Notes: generated by a model from the letters alone, not told the origin. A stretch of 64,000 nt of DNA from an uncultured Gammaproteobacteria bacterium (GCA_963695105.1 CAVOGC010000008.1:16030-80029); one strand, 5' to 3'. Shown: positions 13,177 through 23,340, counted from the first letter of the stretch. Numbers and translations: made by a program.

Positions 13177-13944
13177 ATGAGCATTACTCTCAAGACGCCG
13201 GAAGAAATCGAAAAGATGCGCGTCGCCGGCCGGCTGGCCGCCGAGGTACTGAACATGATTCAGGCTCATGTGCGGGAGGGGGTCGCCACCGATGAGCTGG
13301 ACCGGATCTGTCACGAGTACATCATCGACGTTCAACAGGCGATCCCCGCTCCACTCAACTATCGCGGCTTTCCCAAATCCATCTGCACCTCGATCAACCA
13401 TGTGGTCTGCCATGGCATTCCCGGACCGAAGAAGCTGAAAAAGGGCGACGTGCTCAACATCGATATCACCGTGATCAAGGACGGCTATCACGGCGACACC
13501 AGTCGGATGTTTCACGTCGGCACCCCGCCGGTCGCCGCGCAGCGTGTCAGCCGGGTGGCCTACGAATGCCTCTGCATCGGCATCGAGATGGTGCGGCCCG
13601 GTATCCGCCTCGGCGACATCGGCCACGCCATCCAAAAACACGCCGAAGCCCAGCACTGCTCGGTGGTGCGCGAATACTGCGGTCACGGCATCGGCCGGGA
13701 ATTCCACGAAGAGCCGCAGGTGCTGCACTACGGGGACCCCGACACCGGCGTCGAACTGGTCCCCGGCATGACCTTCACCATCGAACCGATGATCAACGCC
13801 GGCAAGCGACACGTCAAGTTGCTACCCGACGGTTGGACCGTGGTCACCAAGGATCACAGCGTTTCCGCTCAATGGGAGCATACCGTGCTGGTCACCGCAA
13901 CCGGCCACGAAGTCCTCACGCCGCACCCAGGCGATCCGTTTTAA
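13177..13944 (+). CDS. map: type I methionine aminopeptidase
   Basis: Pita-bread fold motifs (HGIP, CGHGIGREFHEEPQV); divergent from rpsB as in E. coli; start at ATG 13177 (MSITLKTPEEIEKMR). Confidence 0.9.
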   Translation: MSITLKTPEEIEKMRVAGRLAAEVLNMIQAHVREGVATDELDRICHEYIIDVQQAIPAPLNYRGFPKSICTSINHVVCHGIPGPKKLKKGDVLNIDITVIKDGYHGDTSRMFHVGTPPVAAQRVSRVAYECLCIGIEMVRPGIRLGDIGHAIQKHAEAQHCSVVREYCGHGIGREFHEEPQVLHYGDPDTGVELVPGMTFTIEPMINAGKRHVKLLPDGWTVVTKDHSVSAQWEHTVLVTATGHEVLTPHPGDPF

Positions 13945-13969
13945 GCGCCCGCCCTATCTGGAAGATCCC

Positions 13970-16708
13970 ATGGCCGTCACCGACATCGCTGTTCCGCCCG
14001 CCGCCGCGCCCGCATTTGCCGTCGGCGCCGAACCGCCGCCGGACAACTTGCGGCGGGCCGAGATCGTCCTGTTCGACGCGGAGGCTTTTACCCGCGATCT
14101 GGCCGCGACCGCCAACTCGCTGGCCGTGTTCCGAACCCTGCTCAAACAGAGCGACGCCCGGTTCAAGGAACTGTTCCAGCAAGGCGTTCCCGCTCACGAG
14201 CTGGTGCCCGCCCGCGCCGGCTTGATGGACGAACTGCTGCGGTTCATCTGGCTGCGGTTTTTCGAGGCCGATACCCCGGATCTGGCGCTGGCGGCGGTCG
14301 GAGGCTACGGTCGCGGCGAGCTGCATCCGGGCTCGGATGTGGACATCACGATTCTGCTGGACGAGCAGGCGCTGGAAGCTCGCCGTTCCGGGCTGGAAGA
14401 TTTTCTAACCTTCCTGTGGGATATCGGGCTGGAAGTCGGGCACAGCGTGCGCACGCTTGAGGACTGCGTCCACGAAGGCGCCGCCGACATCACGGTCGCC
14501 ACCAGTCTGATGGAGGCGCGGTTGTTAACCGGCTCATCGGCGTTGTTCGAGCAGATGCGCGCCGCCACCGGTCCCGACCGCATCTGGCCCGATGCCGCCT
14601 TCTTTGAATCCAAGCAGCGGGAACGCAGCCAGCGCTGCCATAAATACAACGAAACCGCCTTCAACCTGGAGCCCAATATCAAGGACGGCCCCGGCGGGCT
14701 GCGCGATATGCAGATGATCGGCTGGGTGGCCAAACGGCATTTCGGCGCCAGCACCCTGCAGGAACTGGTGAGCCACGGCTTCCTCAGCCCGAGCGAATAC
14801 GACGAGCTGATCGACTGCCGCAATTTTCTTTGGCAGGTGCGCTTCGCCCTGCACGCGCTGACCGGCCGCCGCGAAGACATGCTGCTGTTCGATCACCAGC
14901 GCCGGATCGCCCAACAGTTCGGCTACCGGGATCAGGATCACAACCTGGCGGTCGAGCAGTTCATGCAGCGCTACTACCGCACCGTCAACGCGCTCAGCCG
15001 GCTGAACGAGATGCTGCTGCAACTGTTCGAGGAGGCGATCCTGCTGGCCGGCGAACCGGGCGAACCGCAGCCTATCAACCGCCGCTTCCAGGTCCGCCGC
15101 GGCTACCTGGAAGTGACCCAGCCCAACGTGTTTCTGCGTTACCCGTTCGCGCTGCTGGAGATTTTTCTGGTCTTGCAGCAACACCCGGAAATCAAGGGCC
15201 TGCGCGCCTCCACCATTCGCCTGATCCGCGATCACCGGCCGCTGATCGACGACAAGTTCCGCAACGACGTGCGCCCGCGCAGCCTGTTTATGGAAATCCT
15301 GCGCCAACCGCACGGGGTAACGCTGCAACTGCGGCTAATGAACGCCTACGGCGTGCTGCCGGCCTACCTGCCGGAATTTGGCAACATCCTCGGGCGGATG
15401 CAATACGACCTGTTCCACGCCTACACCGTTGACCAGCATATCCTGTTCGTGGTGCGCAACCTGCGGCGGTTTTTCCTCCGCCGGTTCGCCCAGCAGGATT
15501 CCGAATACGGCGCGATCATGGAGCAATTGCCCAAGCCCGAGCTGCTCTACATCGCCGGTCTGTACCACGACATCGCCAAGGGGCGTGGCGGCGACCATTC
15601 CATCCTGGGCGCTCAGGACGCCGAACGGTTCTGCCGCCAGCACGGGCTCAGCAGTTTCGATACCCGGCTGGTGGCCTGGCTGGTGCGTCACCACCTGACT
15701 CTGTCGCTGACCGCGCAGAAAAAAGATATCCACGACCCGGACGTCATCCATCAATTCGCCCTGCAAATGGGCGATCAGATGCATCTGGATTACCTTTACC
15801 TGCTCACGGTCGCCGATATCCGCGGCACCAATCCCCACCTGTGGAACACTTGGCGGGCGTCGCTGCTGTGGACATTGTACAAGGCCACCCGCCAGGCGTT
15901 GCGGCGCGGGCTGGACCACCCGATCGACAAGGAGGAACGCATCCGCGAAGCGCAGGCGCAGGCACGGCAGCGGCTGCGCGCCACCAAAATCGATGAGGAG
16001 CGTATCAATCGAGTGTGGGAAGGCTTCGGCGACGACTATTTCCTGCGTCATTCCGCCGACGAGATCGTCTGGCACACTCGCGCAATCCTCAAGAAAGGGC
16101 ATAACGAACGGTCGCTGGTCATGGCCCGCGACGATCCCGGCCGGGGTGGCACCGAGGTCTTTATTTACACCCGCGACCAGGACAACCTGTTCGCGCTGAT
16201 CACCTCCATCCTCGACCAGCTGGGACTGACCATTCTCGATGCCCGCATCATCACCGGCCACAGCGGTTACACCCTGGACAGCTTTACGGTACTGGAGGAC
16301 TCCGGCTCGCCGATCCGCGACCGACGGCGGATCAAGGAAATCACCTCCACTCTGCTGCACTATCTGGGCCGGCCGGACATAACGCCGCCGGTACCCAACC
16401 GCCATATTTCCCGAATTCAGAAAGCATTCCAGATGCCGACCTTGGTTTCGTTCCGCGAGGATCAGGCCAACGGCCGCACCTTGGTGGAACTGGTGTCCTG
16501 GGACCGGCCGGGGCTATTGTGCCAGGTTGGCCAGGTATTTATGGAATGCGGGGTGCAGGTGCATAACGCCAAGATCGCCACCATCGGCGCCCGGGCCGAG
16601 GACGTATTCTTCGTCACCGACCGGGACAACCTGCCCTTGAACAACTCGGAAAAATACACGGCGCTCAGAGCGGCGCTGGTCGAACAACTGGATTCGGGCG
16701 AAGAATGA
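13970..16708 (+). CDS. glnD: bifunctional [protein-PII] uridylyltransferase/uridylyl-removing enzyme
   Basis: 912 aa; nucleotidyltransferase N-domain (GGYGRGELHPGSDVD), HD domain, two C-terminal ACT domains; follows map as in enterics. Confidence 0.9.
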   Translation: MAVTDIAVPPAAAPAFAVGAEPPPDNLRRAEIVLFDAEAFTRDLAATANSLAVFRTLLKQSDARFKELFQQGVPAHELVPARAGLMDELLRFIWLRFFEADTPDLALAAVGGYGRGELHPGSDVDITILLDEQALEARRSGLEDFLTFLWDIGLEVGHSVRTLEDCVHEGAADITVATSLMEARLLTGSSALFEQMRAATGPDRIWPDAAFFESKQRERSQRCHKYNETAFNLEPNIKDGPGGLRDMQMIGWVAKRHFGASTLQELVSHGFLSPSEYDELIDCRNFLWQVRFALHALTGRREDMLLFDHQRRIAQQFGYRDQDHNLAVEQFMQRYYRTVNALSRLNEMLLQLFEEAILLAGEPGEPQPINRRFQVRRGYLEVTQPNVFLRYPFALLEIFLVLQQHPEIKGLRASTIRLIRDHRPLIDDKFRNDVRPRSLFMEILRQPHGVTLQLRLMNAYGVLPAYLPEFGNILGRMQYDLFHAYTVDQHILFVVRNLRRFFLRRFAQQDSEYGAIMEQLPKPELLYIAGLYHDIAKGRGGDHSILGAQDAERFCRQHGLSSFDTRLVAWLVRHHLTLSLTAQKKDIHDPDVIHQFALQMGDQMHLDYLYLLTVADIRGTNPHLWNTWRASLLWTLYKATRQALRRGLDHPIDKEERIREAQAQARQRLRATKIDEERINRVWEGFGDDYFLRHSADEIVWHTRAILKKGHNERSLVMARDDPGRGGTEVFIYTRDQDNLFALITSILDQLGLTILDARIITGHSGYTLDSFTVLEDSGSPIRDRRRIKEITSTLLHYLGRPDITPPVPNRHISRIQKAFQMPTLVSFREDQANGRTLVELVSWDRPGLLCQVGQVFMECGVQVHNAKIATIGARAEDVFFVTDRDNLPLNNSEKYTALRAALVEQLDSGEE

Positions 16709-16769
16709 GCCTCAAGATGCCCGCGCCCACCGTCCCGACCCGCTGGCCCGCGCCTGTAGGAACTTTCCC

Positions 16770-17009
16770 ATGCCCGTCCGCTCTAACTTCACCTTTTTGT
16801 TACCAGGACTGATTCCGCTCGTCATCATTCCTGTCGCCATCGCCGCCGAGATCGTTCCCAAGAACGGCCCCTGCCCCAGCGGCTATCACACCCAGGGTCA
16901 CTACTGCGTCGGCAATCGGGACCATCCGCCCGCCGCCATTCCCAAGAGCGGCCCCTGCCCCAGCGGCTATCACACCCAGGGTCACTACTGCGTCGGCAAT
17001 CGGCGCTGA
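16770..17009 (+). CDS. small secreted protein with tandem duplicated Cys/His motif (PKxGPCPSGYHTQGHYCVGNR x2)
   Basis: 79 aa, N-terminal signal-like hydrophobic segment (LLPGLIPLVIIPVAIAA); two 63-nt DNA repeats (16857-16919, 16941-17003) 62/63 identical. Confidence 0.55.
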   Translation: MPVRSNFTFLLPGLIPLVIIPVAIAAEIVPKNGPCPSGYHTQGHYCVGNRDHPPAAIPKSGPCPSGYHTQGHYCVGNRR

Positions 17010-17369
17010 GCCTGTCCTCGGCCGTCACCACGGGCGCTCCACGCTCCCGTCCATCCTCACCGTGATGAAACAACCGGCGGTGAGTGTCGATCGGCGAGCG
17101 CGGAAATCCCATACCATCCGCACCCGCTTGAGCCACAGTCGGTCACCGGACAGGCAATCCACGACTACACTCAATAGTCAAGCTGCCCGGCCTCCGCCGG
17201 CTGACCCATCGGCAGTCCTACTTTGATATTTTCATGGTTTCGGTGGCCATTCCGGTGAGCGCCCTGGTGGTGGTCAATCACCCTGGGAACGATGTTTGGC
17301 AGCTTCTGAGCCTGGCCCGCCGTCCGCGACCACGGGCGGCGGCTCCCATTAAATGACGAGGGACATCTC

Positions 17370-19373
17370 ATGCGGCATCCTCTGCTCGCCTCCCTGCACA
17401 TTCCCGAACGCGGCAAGGTGGTCAGCGCCCGCGAGGCCGTGAGCCTGATCCGCCCCGGCGATACGGTGGCCACTAGCGGCTTTGTCGGTACCGGCTTTGC
17501 CGAGAACATCGCCTGCGCCGTCGAGGAACTGTATCTGGCGCCCGACGCACCGGTGCTGGACAAACTCCGCGATCTGACCCTGGTCTACGCCGCCGGCCAG
17601 GGTGACGGCAAAACCCGCGGCCTCAATCACTTCGGCCACGAGGGGCTGGTTAAACGCATCATCGGCGGGCACTGGGGACTGGTGCCGAAGCTGCAAGCGC
17701 TGGCGGTGAGCAATCAAATCGAAGCCTGGAACCTGCCACAAGGTGTGATCACTCATCTGTACCGCGACATCGCCGCCGGCAAGCCGGGGACGCTGACCCG
17801 GGTCGGGCTGGGCACTTTCGTCGATCCGCGCCATGGCGGCGGCAAGCTCAACGCCCGCACCGAGCAGGATCTGGTCGAACTGATGGTGATCGGCGGCCAG
17901 GACTATCTGCTCTACAAAGCATTCCCGATCCATGTCGGCATCATCCGCGCCACCACCGCCGACATCGACGGCAACCTGACCATGGAAAAGGAGGCGCTGA
18001 CGCTGGAATCGCTGGCCATCGCCATGGCGGCGCGCAATTCCGGCGGCATCGTCATCGCCCAGGTCGAGCGGGTGGCCGAGCGCGGCTTCCTGCGGCCCAA
18101 GGATGTGCGGGTGCCGGGCATTTTGGTGGATTGCATCGTGGTCGCGCCGCCTGAACACCACTGGCAGACCTTCGCCACTCAATACAACCCCGCGTTTTCC
18201 GGCGAGATCAAGGTGCCGCTGACCTCGATTGCGCCCATGCCGATGAGCGAACGCAAAATCATCGCCCGCCGCTCGGCGCTGGAGCTGGCGATGAACGCCA
18301 TCGTCAATCTCGGCATCGGTATGCCGGAAGGGGTAGCCAGCATTGCCGCCGAGGAGAAGATCATCGATCTGCTGACCTTGACCGCCGAGCCGGGGGTGGT
18401 GGGCGGCATTCCCGCCGGCGGGCTGGATTTCGGCGCCGCCACCAACGTCCAGGCGATCATCGACCAGCCCAATCAGTTCGATTTCTACGACGGCGGCGGG
18501 CTGGACATCGCGGTGCTGGGGTTGGCTCAGGTCGACCGGCAGGGCAATCTCAACGTTTCGAAATTCGGCCCGCGCATAGCCGGCGCCGGCGGCTTCATCA
18601 ACATCAGCCAAAACGCCCGAAAGGTAGTGTTCGCCGGGACGTTTACCGCCGGCGGGCTGGACATCGCGGTGGAAAAAGGTCAGTTGCGCATCCGGCGCGA
18701 CGGAGGAACCGCCAAGTTCGTCGAGACGGTCGAGCAGCGCACCTTCAGCGGCGAGGTGGCCTGTCGCGGCAAGCAGCCGGTGCTGTATGTGACCGAACGG
18801 GCGGTGTTCCGCTTGACCCCGGAAGGGCTGGAACTGGTGGAGATAGCGCCAGGGATCGATCTGGAGCGCGACGTGCTGGCGAAGATGGGATTTCGGCCCG
18901 CCATCAGCCCGCACCTCAAACCAATGGATGCTTGCATTTTCAATGACGGGCCGATGGGTTTGCGCGAACTCATGGTCGTGCGGCCATTGGATCAGCGGTT
19001 TTCCTACGACTCCGCCAAGAACGTGCTCTTCCTGAATTTCGAGGGTCTGTCGGTGCGCAGCCATGAGGATATCCAGCGCATTCGCGCGGCGATAAGTGGT
19101 CGGTTGGAGCCGCTCGGCAAGCGGGTGTTCGGTATTGTCAACTACGACAATTTCTCGATTACTCCGGAATTGATGCAGGAGTATATGGATATGGTCAGCG
19201 ACTTGCTGCAGCGCTACTACCTGGGCGTAACCCGCTACACCACCAACACTTTCCTGCGGGCGCAGCTTGGCGATGCCCTGCGCCAGCGCGACCTCGCGCC
19301 CCATATTTATGAAACCGCCGCCGAGGCGGCGGCACGACTCGATCCGTCCAGAGCACCCAAGGGGAACGCTTGA
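17370..19373 (+). CDS. propionate/acyl-CoA:acetate CoA-transferase family protein (Pct-like) with about 140-aa C-terminal extension
   Basis: N-terminal 520 aa collinear with Clostridium propionicum Pct (GFVGTGF.., [53 protein letters not shown]); extra C-terminal domain of unknown function. Confidence 0.8.
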   Translation: MRHPLLASLHIPERGKVVSAREAVSLIRPGDTVATSGFVGTGFAENIACAVEELYLAPDAPVLDKLRDLTLVYAAGQGDGKTRGLNHFGHEGLVKRIIGGHWGLVPKLQALAVSNQIEAWNLPQGVITHLYRDIAAGKPGTLTRVGLGTFVDPRHGGGKLNARTEQDLVELMVIGGQDYLLYKAFPIHVGIIRATTADIDGNLTMEKEALTLESLAIAMAARNSGGIVIAQVERVAERGFLRPKDVRVPGILVDCIVVAPPEHHWQTFATQYNPAFSGEIKVPLTSIAPMPMSERKIIARRSALELAMNAIVNLGIGMPEGVASIAAEEKIIDLLTLTAEPGVVGGIPAGGLDFGAATNVQAIIDQPNQFDFYDGGGLDIAVLGLAQVDRQGNLNVSKFGPRIAGAGGFINISQNARKVVFAGTFTAGGLDIAVEKGQLRIRRDGGTAKFVETVEQRTFSGEVACRGKQPVLYVTERAVFRLTPEGLELVEIAPGIDLERDVLAKMGFRPAISPHLKPMDACIFNDGPMGLRELMVVRPLDQRFSYDSAKNVLFLNFEGLSVRSHEDIQRIRAAISGRLEPLGKRVFGIVNYDNFSITPELMQEYMDMVSDLLQRYYLGVTRYTTNTFLRAQLGDALRQRDLAPHIYETAAEAAARLDPSRAPKGNA

Positions 19374-19491
19374 ACAACGATGTGGCCAACCATCCAGGGC
19401 GATGCGCTGGCCCCATCGTTGATTGTACCCGCCGAAGGACTCCGCACACCAAACGCGCGCGCACGGCTCCAACAAGATAAGGAACCACACC

Positions 19492-21183
19492 ATGAGCAGT
19501 CTCCGTCCGGCACAGTTGGGTCCCATCGTCGGCCACACCTCGGACACCACCGCAAGGCTCTGGATTCGAGGGGGTTCAAGTGACGAAGGCGCCGCTATCG
19601 ACGAGCAACGCCGCACCATCGGCGTCATCGCCATCACCCAGGAGAACGGGCGACGCCCGCGCACCCGGCGCGTGTACTACTTCCGCCTGCGTCGCGAGTA
19701 TGACCGCACCGGTACTTTTACCTTGGGTGAGGAAGTGGGCATCAAACCCAGGGACAGGAACCCGCGACCACTAACCGCCGACACGGAATATGTGGTGCGG
19801 GTCGGCACCCTGAGCGTCGACGACCCGCACCCCGACGACGACAGCATCGCCAACGACGAACTTGCGGAGCGCCTGCCGGACGCGAACATCTGGTTAGCGG
19901 AGCTGGAAAGGCTGGATCCCGAGCACTCGGAGGCGCGCTTCAGGACCTTTCCGGCGGCGGGGAGGGGTGGCGATGAGGACCTGAGCTTCATCCTCGGTTC
20001 CTGCCGCTATCCGGGCCTGCTGTGGAAGATCAAGCTTTCCGATGCCATCTTCGGACCCTTGTTGGCGGAGGCGCGAGGCCGGGACGGCCGAGTTCCTGCA
20101 CGCTTTGCCTTAATGGTGGGTGACCAGATCTACGCCGATATGCTGAACCGCCACATTCCCATCGGTCGCGCCGACACCTTCGAGGAATTCCAGGAGCGCT
20201 ACCACACGGCCTTCGGATCGCCGCGCATGCGCGCGTTGTTGCGGCGCCTGCCCACCTACATGATCCTCGACGACCACGAGATCGAAGACAACTGGACCCA
20301 GGATCGTATTCAAAGGGTCGAACACCGCCGCGTGTTCAACCTGGCTATCCAAGCCTACCGAAGCTACCAGTGGGTGCACGGCCCCACCTGCTTCGGCATG
20401 CGCCTGTACTACTATTTCGCCTGTGGCGGCTACCCCTTCTTCGTGCTGGATACCCGCACCCAGCGCTTCATGGACGACGTGGCGGACCAGCTTGAGGACA
20501 ACCATTTGCTGGGACGTCCGAGTCTGGCCTCCGAAGAGCCCAGCCAGCTCGATCTATTGCTGAATTGGATGAAGACGAGCCAGGACCAGCACGGTGATCG
20601 CCCCAAGTTCATCGTCAGCTCCAGCGTGTTCGTACCCAATCCGATGACGGCCCGCAGCGGGCGCCAGGGAACACCCCAGCAGCGGGTCAAGTGGTGTGAG
20701 TCCAGCGATTCCTGGCCTGCTTTTCCCACGACTCGCGCCGCCATCCTTCGTCACATGGTGGAGCATCGCATCCAGAACGTCATGTTCCTCTCCGGCGACA
20801 TCCACTGCTCCAACGTGGCCACCATGCGCTTCAGCGGCTCGCCCCAGGCCGAAGCGCTCAAGGCGTTTTCCATCACCTCGTCCGCCTTCTACTGGCCCTT
20901 CCCCTTCGCCGACGGTGAGCCATCCAGCTTCGTGCATGACTCCTCGGTCCAGGGGCAGGAGGACGGCTTCGAGTTCATGGCCAACGGAGCCGCGCACGAG
21001 ATGCACTATCGTGCGTGGAACTTCACCCAGGAAGATAATTTCTGTCGCGTGGACCTGAACGCCGCCGACCGGCGCATCGTGGTGACGCCGTTCGGGACCG
21101 ACGGCAGGGTGATCGAGAAGGGTGGCTGGTTCGGCGCCAAGGGCACGCCTATCGGCTCGCAGTTGGACCTGGCGAGCTGGTAA
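19492..21183 (+). CDS. PhoD-like metallophosphatase (alkaline phosphatase D family)
   Basis: DDHEIEDNW and GDIHCSN metallophosphoesterase motifs; start at ATG 19492 (AAGGAA SD) rather than track start 19423; no signal/Tat motif seen. Confidence 0.7.
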   Translation: MSSLRPAQLGPIVGHTSDTTARLWIRGGSSDEGAAIDEQRRTIGVIAITQENGRRPRTRRVYYFRLRREYDRTGTFTLGEEVGIKPRDRNPRPLTADTEYVVRVGTLSVDDPHPDDDSIANDELAERLPDANIWLAELERLDPEHSEARFRTFPAAGRGGDEDLSFILGSCRYPGLLWKIKLSDAIFGPLLAEARGRDGRVPARFALMVGDQIYADMLNRHIPIGRADTFEEFQERYHTAFGSPRMRALLRRLPTYMILDDHEIEDNWTQDRIQRVEHRRVFNLAIQAYRSYQWVHGPTCFGMRLYYYFACGGYPFFVLDTRTQRFMDDVADQLEDNHLLGRPSLASEEPSQLDLLLNWMKTSQDQHGDRPKFIVSSSVFVPNPMTARSGRQGTPQQRVKWCESSDSWPAFPTTRAAILRHMVEHRIQNVMFLSGDIHCSNVATMRFSGSPQAEALKAFSITSSAFYWPFPFADGEPSSFVHDSSVQGQEDGFEFMANGAAHEMHYRAWNFTQEDNFCRVDLNAADRRIVVTPFGTDGRVIEKGGWFGAKGTPIGSQLDLASW

Positions 21184-21523
21184 GTAAAAGTTATGGCGCC
21201 AACAGACCGGCAGCGATAGGGTGGGTCAAACGCAGCGGACCCACCACAACTGATCAACTTGGACGGAGGGCCGAATATGCCAAGTCTTTCTTCGCGCATC
21301 GATGAGATCAAGAGCCACTGCATCTTCGGCAAGAACGCAGCCCGCGACGTCTATCCGAAGATCATCGCGCGCCTGGGCCAAACCAACCGACCCATTCCCT
21401 CACGGACGCCGGGTGGCAAGGGCGCCGTGCGCCTAACCGCCCAGATCAGGAGAATGAGGTCTAATCGCCATTAGACTACTCAACACGGCAATCACCAAAG
21501 TCAATCAGTGAAGGGGAAGAGCA

Positions 21524-21895
21524 ATGGCACATAATCCCGTTGGTTGGTTCGAGATCTACGTGCAAGACATGGCACGGGCAAAGAAATTCTATGAGTCGGT
21601 ACTTCAAACCAAGCTCGATTGTCTGAACAGCCCAGAAATAGAGATGTGGGCTTTCCCGATGAACATGGAAAATACCGGGGCTTCAGGTTCGCTGGTAAAA
21701 ATGCCGGGCTTTCCTTCTGGTGGAAACAGCACCTTGGTCTACTTCAGTTGCGCTGATTGTGCAGTAGAGGCTGGCCGTGTAGTAAAAGCAGGCGGTCGTA
21801 TTCAGAAAGATAAGTTCTCCATCGGTGAGTACGGTTTCATTGCATTAGCCTTTGACACCGAAGGCAATATGTTCGGGCTGCATTCGATAAAATGA
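21524..21895 (+). CDS. VOC (glyoxalase/bleomycin-resistance fold) family protein
   Basis: 123 aa, N-terminal VGWFEIYVQDMARAKKFYE typical of VOC/PhnB-like proteins; lower-GC region. Confidence 0.6.
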   Translation: MAHNPVGWFEIYVQDMARAKKFYESVLQTKLDCLNSPEIEMWAFPMNMENTGASGSLVKMPGFPSGGNSTLVYFSCADCAVEAGRVVKAGGRIQKDKFSIGEYGFIALAFDTEGNMFGLHSIK

Positions 21896-22023
21896 ATGAG
21901 CAGTCTAACCACTCGCTATAGACGACGGCCCTGACAAGCCGCGCCTGAGATCGAATGTTCGGCGTCAAAAAAGGGCATCTCCTGAAAGGCGACGCCCTCG
22001 ATGCCAAGTAAGTGATGAAAATA

Positions 22024-22260
22024 TTATTTCAATGCCTCGATGCCAGCGCCAAAATTGATATGGAAAGCTGCTCCGTCCATGACAAGGGCGGGCACGGATT
22101 TGACTCCAGCGGCTTCCGCGTCTCCAAGGCGTGACCTGTTCTTGCCAAGATGAACGATCTCTACTTCATATTTCGCGGGATCAAGTGCATTGGCAACGTT
22201 CTGTTCAGCGGCAACACATACGGGACAGCCGGCGTGGTAAAAAATGGCTTTGGCCTTCAT
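22024..22260 (-). CDS. small thioredoxin/glutaredoxin-fold protein with CPVC motif
   Basis: MKAKAIFYHAGCPVCVAAEQ.. about 78 aa from internal ATG; divergent from HxlR-like regulator. Confidence 0.6.
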   Translation of the reverse strand: MKAKAIFYHAGCPVCVAAEQNVANALDPAKYEVEIVHLGKNRSRLGDAEAAGVKSVPALVMDGAAFHINFGAGIEALK

Positions 22261-22470
22261 GACTGATCTCCTGGGGGTTACGGTTTGTGCTACATGCACA
22301 TGAATATGGTAGGAACAACACCAGCCCCCGCATGGAAGGCACTTCACGGTGCCCCGGTAACCTTTTGGTGTAACTTTTAGAAAATAAAGAAAATAAAAAA
22401 TTCATCATCGGCAAAGTCTGCCTATACGCAACTCGAAGATGTAGTTGGTTGCAAATGGTCTGTATCGGTT

Positions 22471-22761
22471 TTGCAAGCCATCGCCGCCGGTGTTTCGCGT
22501 CCTGGCGCCCTGGAACGCCACGTACAAGGAATTTCAACCAAAGTTCTGTCCGAGCGGCTACGCAAAATGACCAACTATGGTTTGCTAGTCAAGCATGTTT
22601 TTGCAGAGACGTCACCTAGAACAGAATATTCACTAACCCAGAATGGCCAGAGGCTATTCAGCATTATCAGTCAGATAAAACTCCTGGATAATGAAATCAG
22701 AAGCGCCGAACAAGCTGCTCCAGAAGACGCCAAAATCCGCGCCACTGAGCCTAAAAATTAG
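22471..22761 (+). CDS. HxlR-family winged-helix transcriptional regulator (N-terminus lacks canonical start; possibly pseudogene)
   Basis: ..GISTKVLSERLRKMTNYGLLVKHVFAETSPRTEYSLTQNGQRLF matches HxlR wHTH; in-frame upstream sequence (from 22381) encodes the expected first helix (VVGCKWSVSVL) but has no ATG/GTG/TTG. Confidence 0.5.
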   Translation: MQAIAAGVSRPGALERHVQGISTKVLSERLRKMTNYGLLVKHVFAETSPRTEYSLTQNGQRLFSIISQIKLLDNEIRSAEQAAPEDAKIRATEPKN

Positions 22762-22769
22762 GCATCTCC

Positions 22770-23177
22770 ATGATTCATTTGATTTCGTTTAAAACGGCGA
22801 AGTTCGATACCACCAAAGAACGGCTAAATCCGTTCAATCCAATTGCGGGTGAGAGTGTGCTCATCTGGTTGCGTGAGAACGCACTCGGCTCCTCATATTC
22901 TTCGACGAAACCGGATGCCGAGGACTGGGGTTGGTATATGGATGTATCAAACGACGTGTCTTCATACCTTGTGGGTTCAATTGCGTATACTGAAAAAGAA
23001 CCGGCCCTTGGTGAGAAAATTGAGTGGCTCATCCAAATCCACAAAAATCGATCCCTGAAAGAAAAAATTTTGGGGCGAAATAAAATGACCGCTGATGATG
23101 CCCTTGTGGCAAAGATACTGGGTGCTCTTCGCGGCGACGCGGCCTTTACCGATATTGAGGTGAATGGAGACGCTTAA
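22770..23177 (+). CDS. hypothetical protein (AT-rich islet)
   Basis: 135-aa ORF, low GC, no recognisable motifs. Confidence 0.4.
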   Translation: MIHLISFKTAKFDTTKERLNPFNPIAGESVLIWLRENALGSSYSSTKPDAEDWGWYMDVSNDVSSYLVGSIAYTEKEPALGEKIEWLIQIHKNRSLKEKILGRNKMTADDALVAKILGALRGDAAFTDIEVNGDA

Positions 23178-23178
23178 T

Positions 23179-23340
23179 AACCATCGGAATCAGGTCTTGT
23201 CTTTTGCGGCACTACTCCCATGGCAATGGTTTCTCCAGTCAGGCCGACGACGTCGGAAATACCAAGCGCATCCGGCGGGTGAGCGCATCGAAACTTGCTT
23301 GAATGGGCGCCGCAACCAAGACCGTGTCATATTGCGGATG
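23179..23340. repeat. about 160-bp repeat element, copy 1 (about 80% identical to copy 2 at 25367-25528)
   Basis: Direct alignment by eye: aaccatcggaatcaggtcttgtcttttgcggcactactcccatgg..ccgacgacgtcggaaatacc..gaatggg.. versus copy 2. Confidence 0.7.

Noticed and set aside
17248-17352. 40-codon ORF (MVSVAIPVSALVVVNHPGND..) just upstream of the Pct-like gene
   Set aside because: Too short to call; may be a leader peptide or gene remnant; mentioned under the Pct finding only.
17349-19664. 771-aa minus-strand ORF
   Set aside because: Completely antisense to the Pct-like CoA-transferase and the phoD-like start; no motifs.
21259-21474. 71-aa ORF between phoD-like gene and VOC gene
   Set aside because: No motifs, no RBS noticed; could be real small protein but unsupported.
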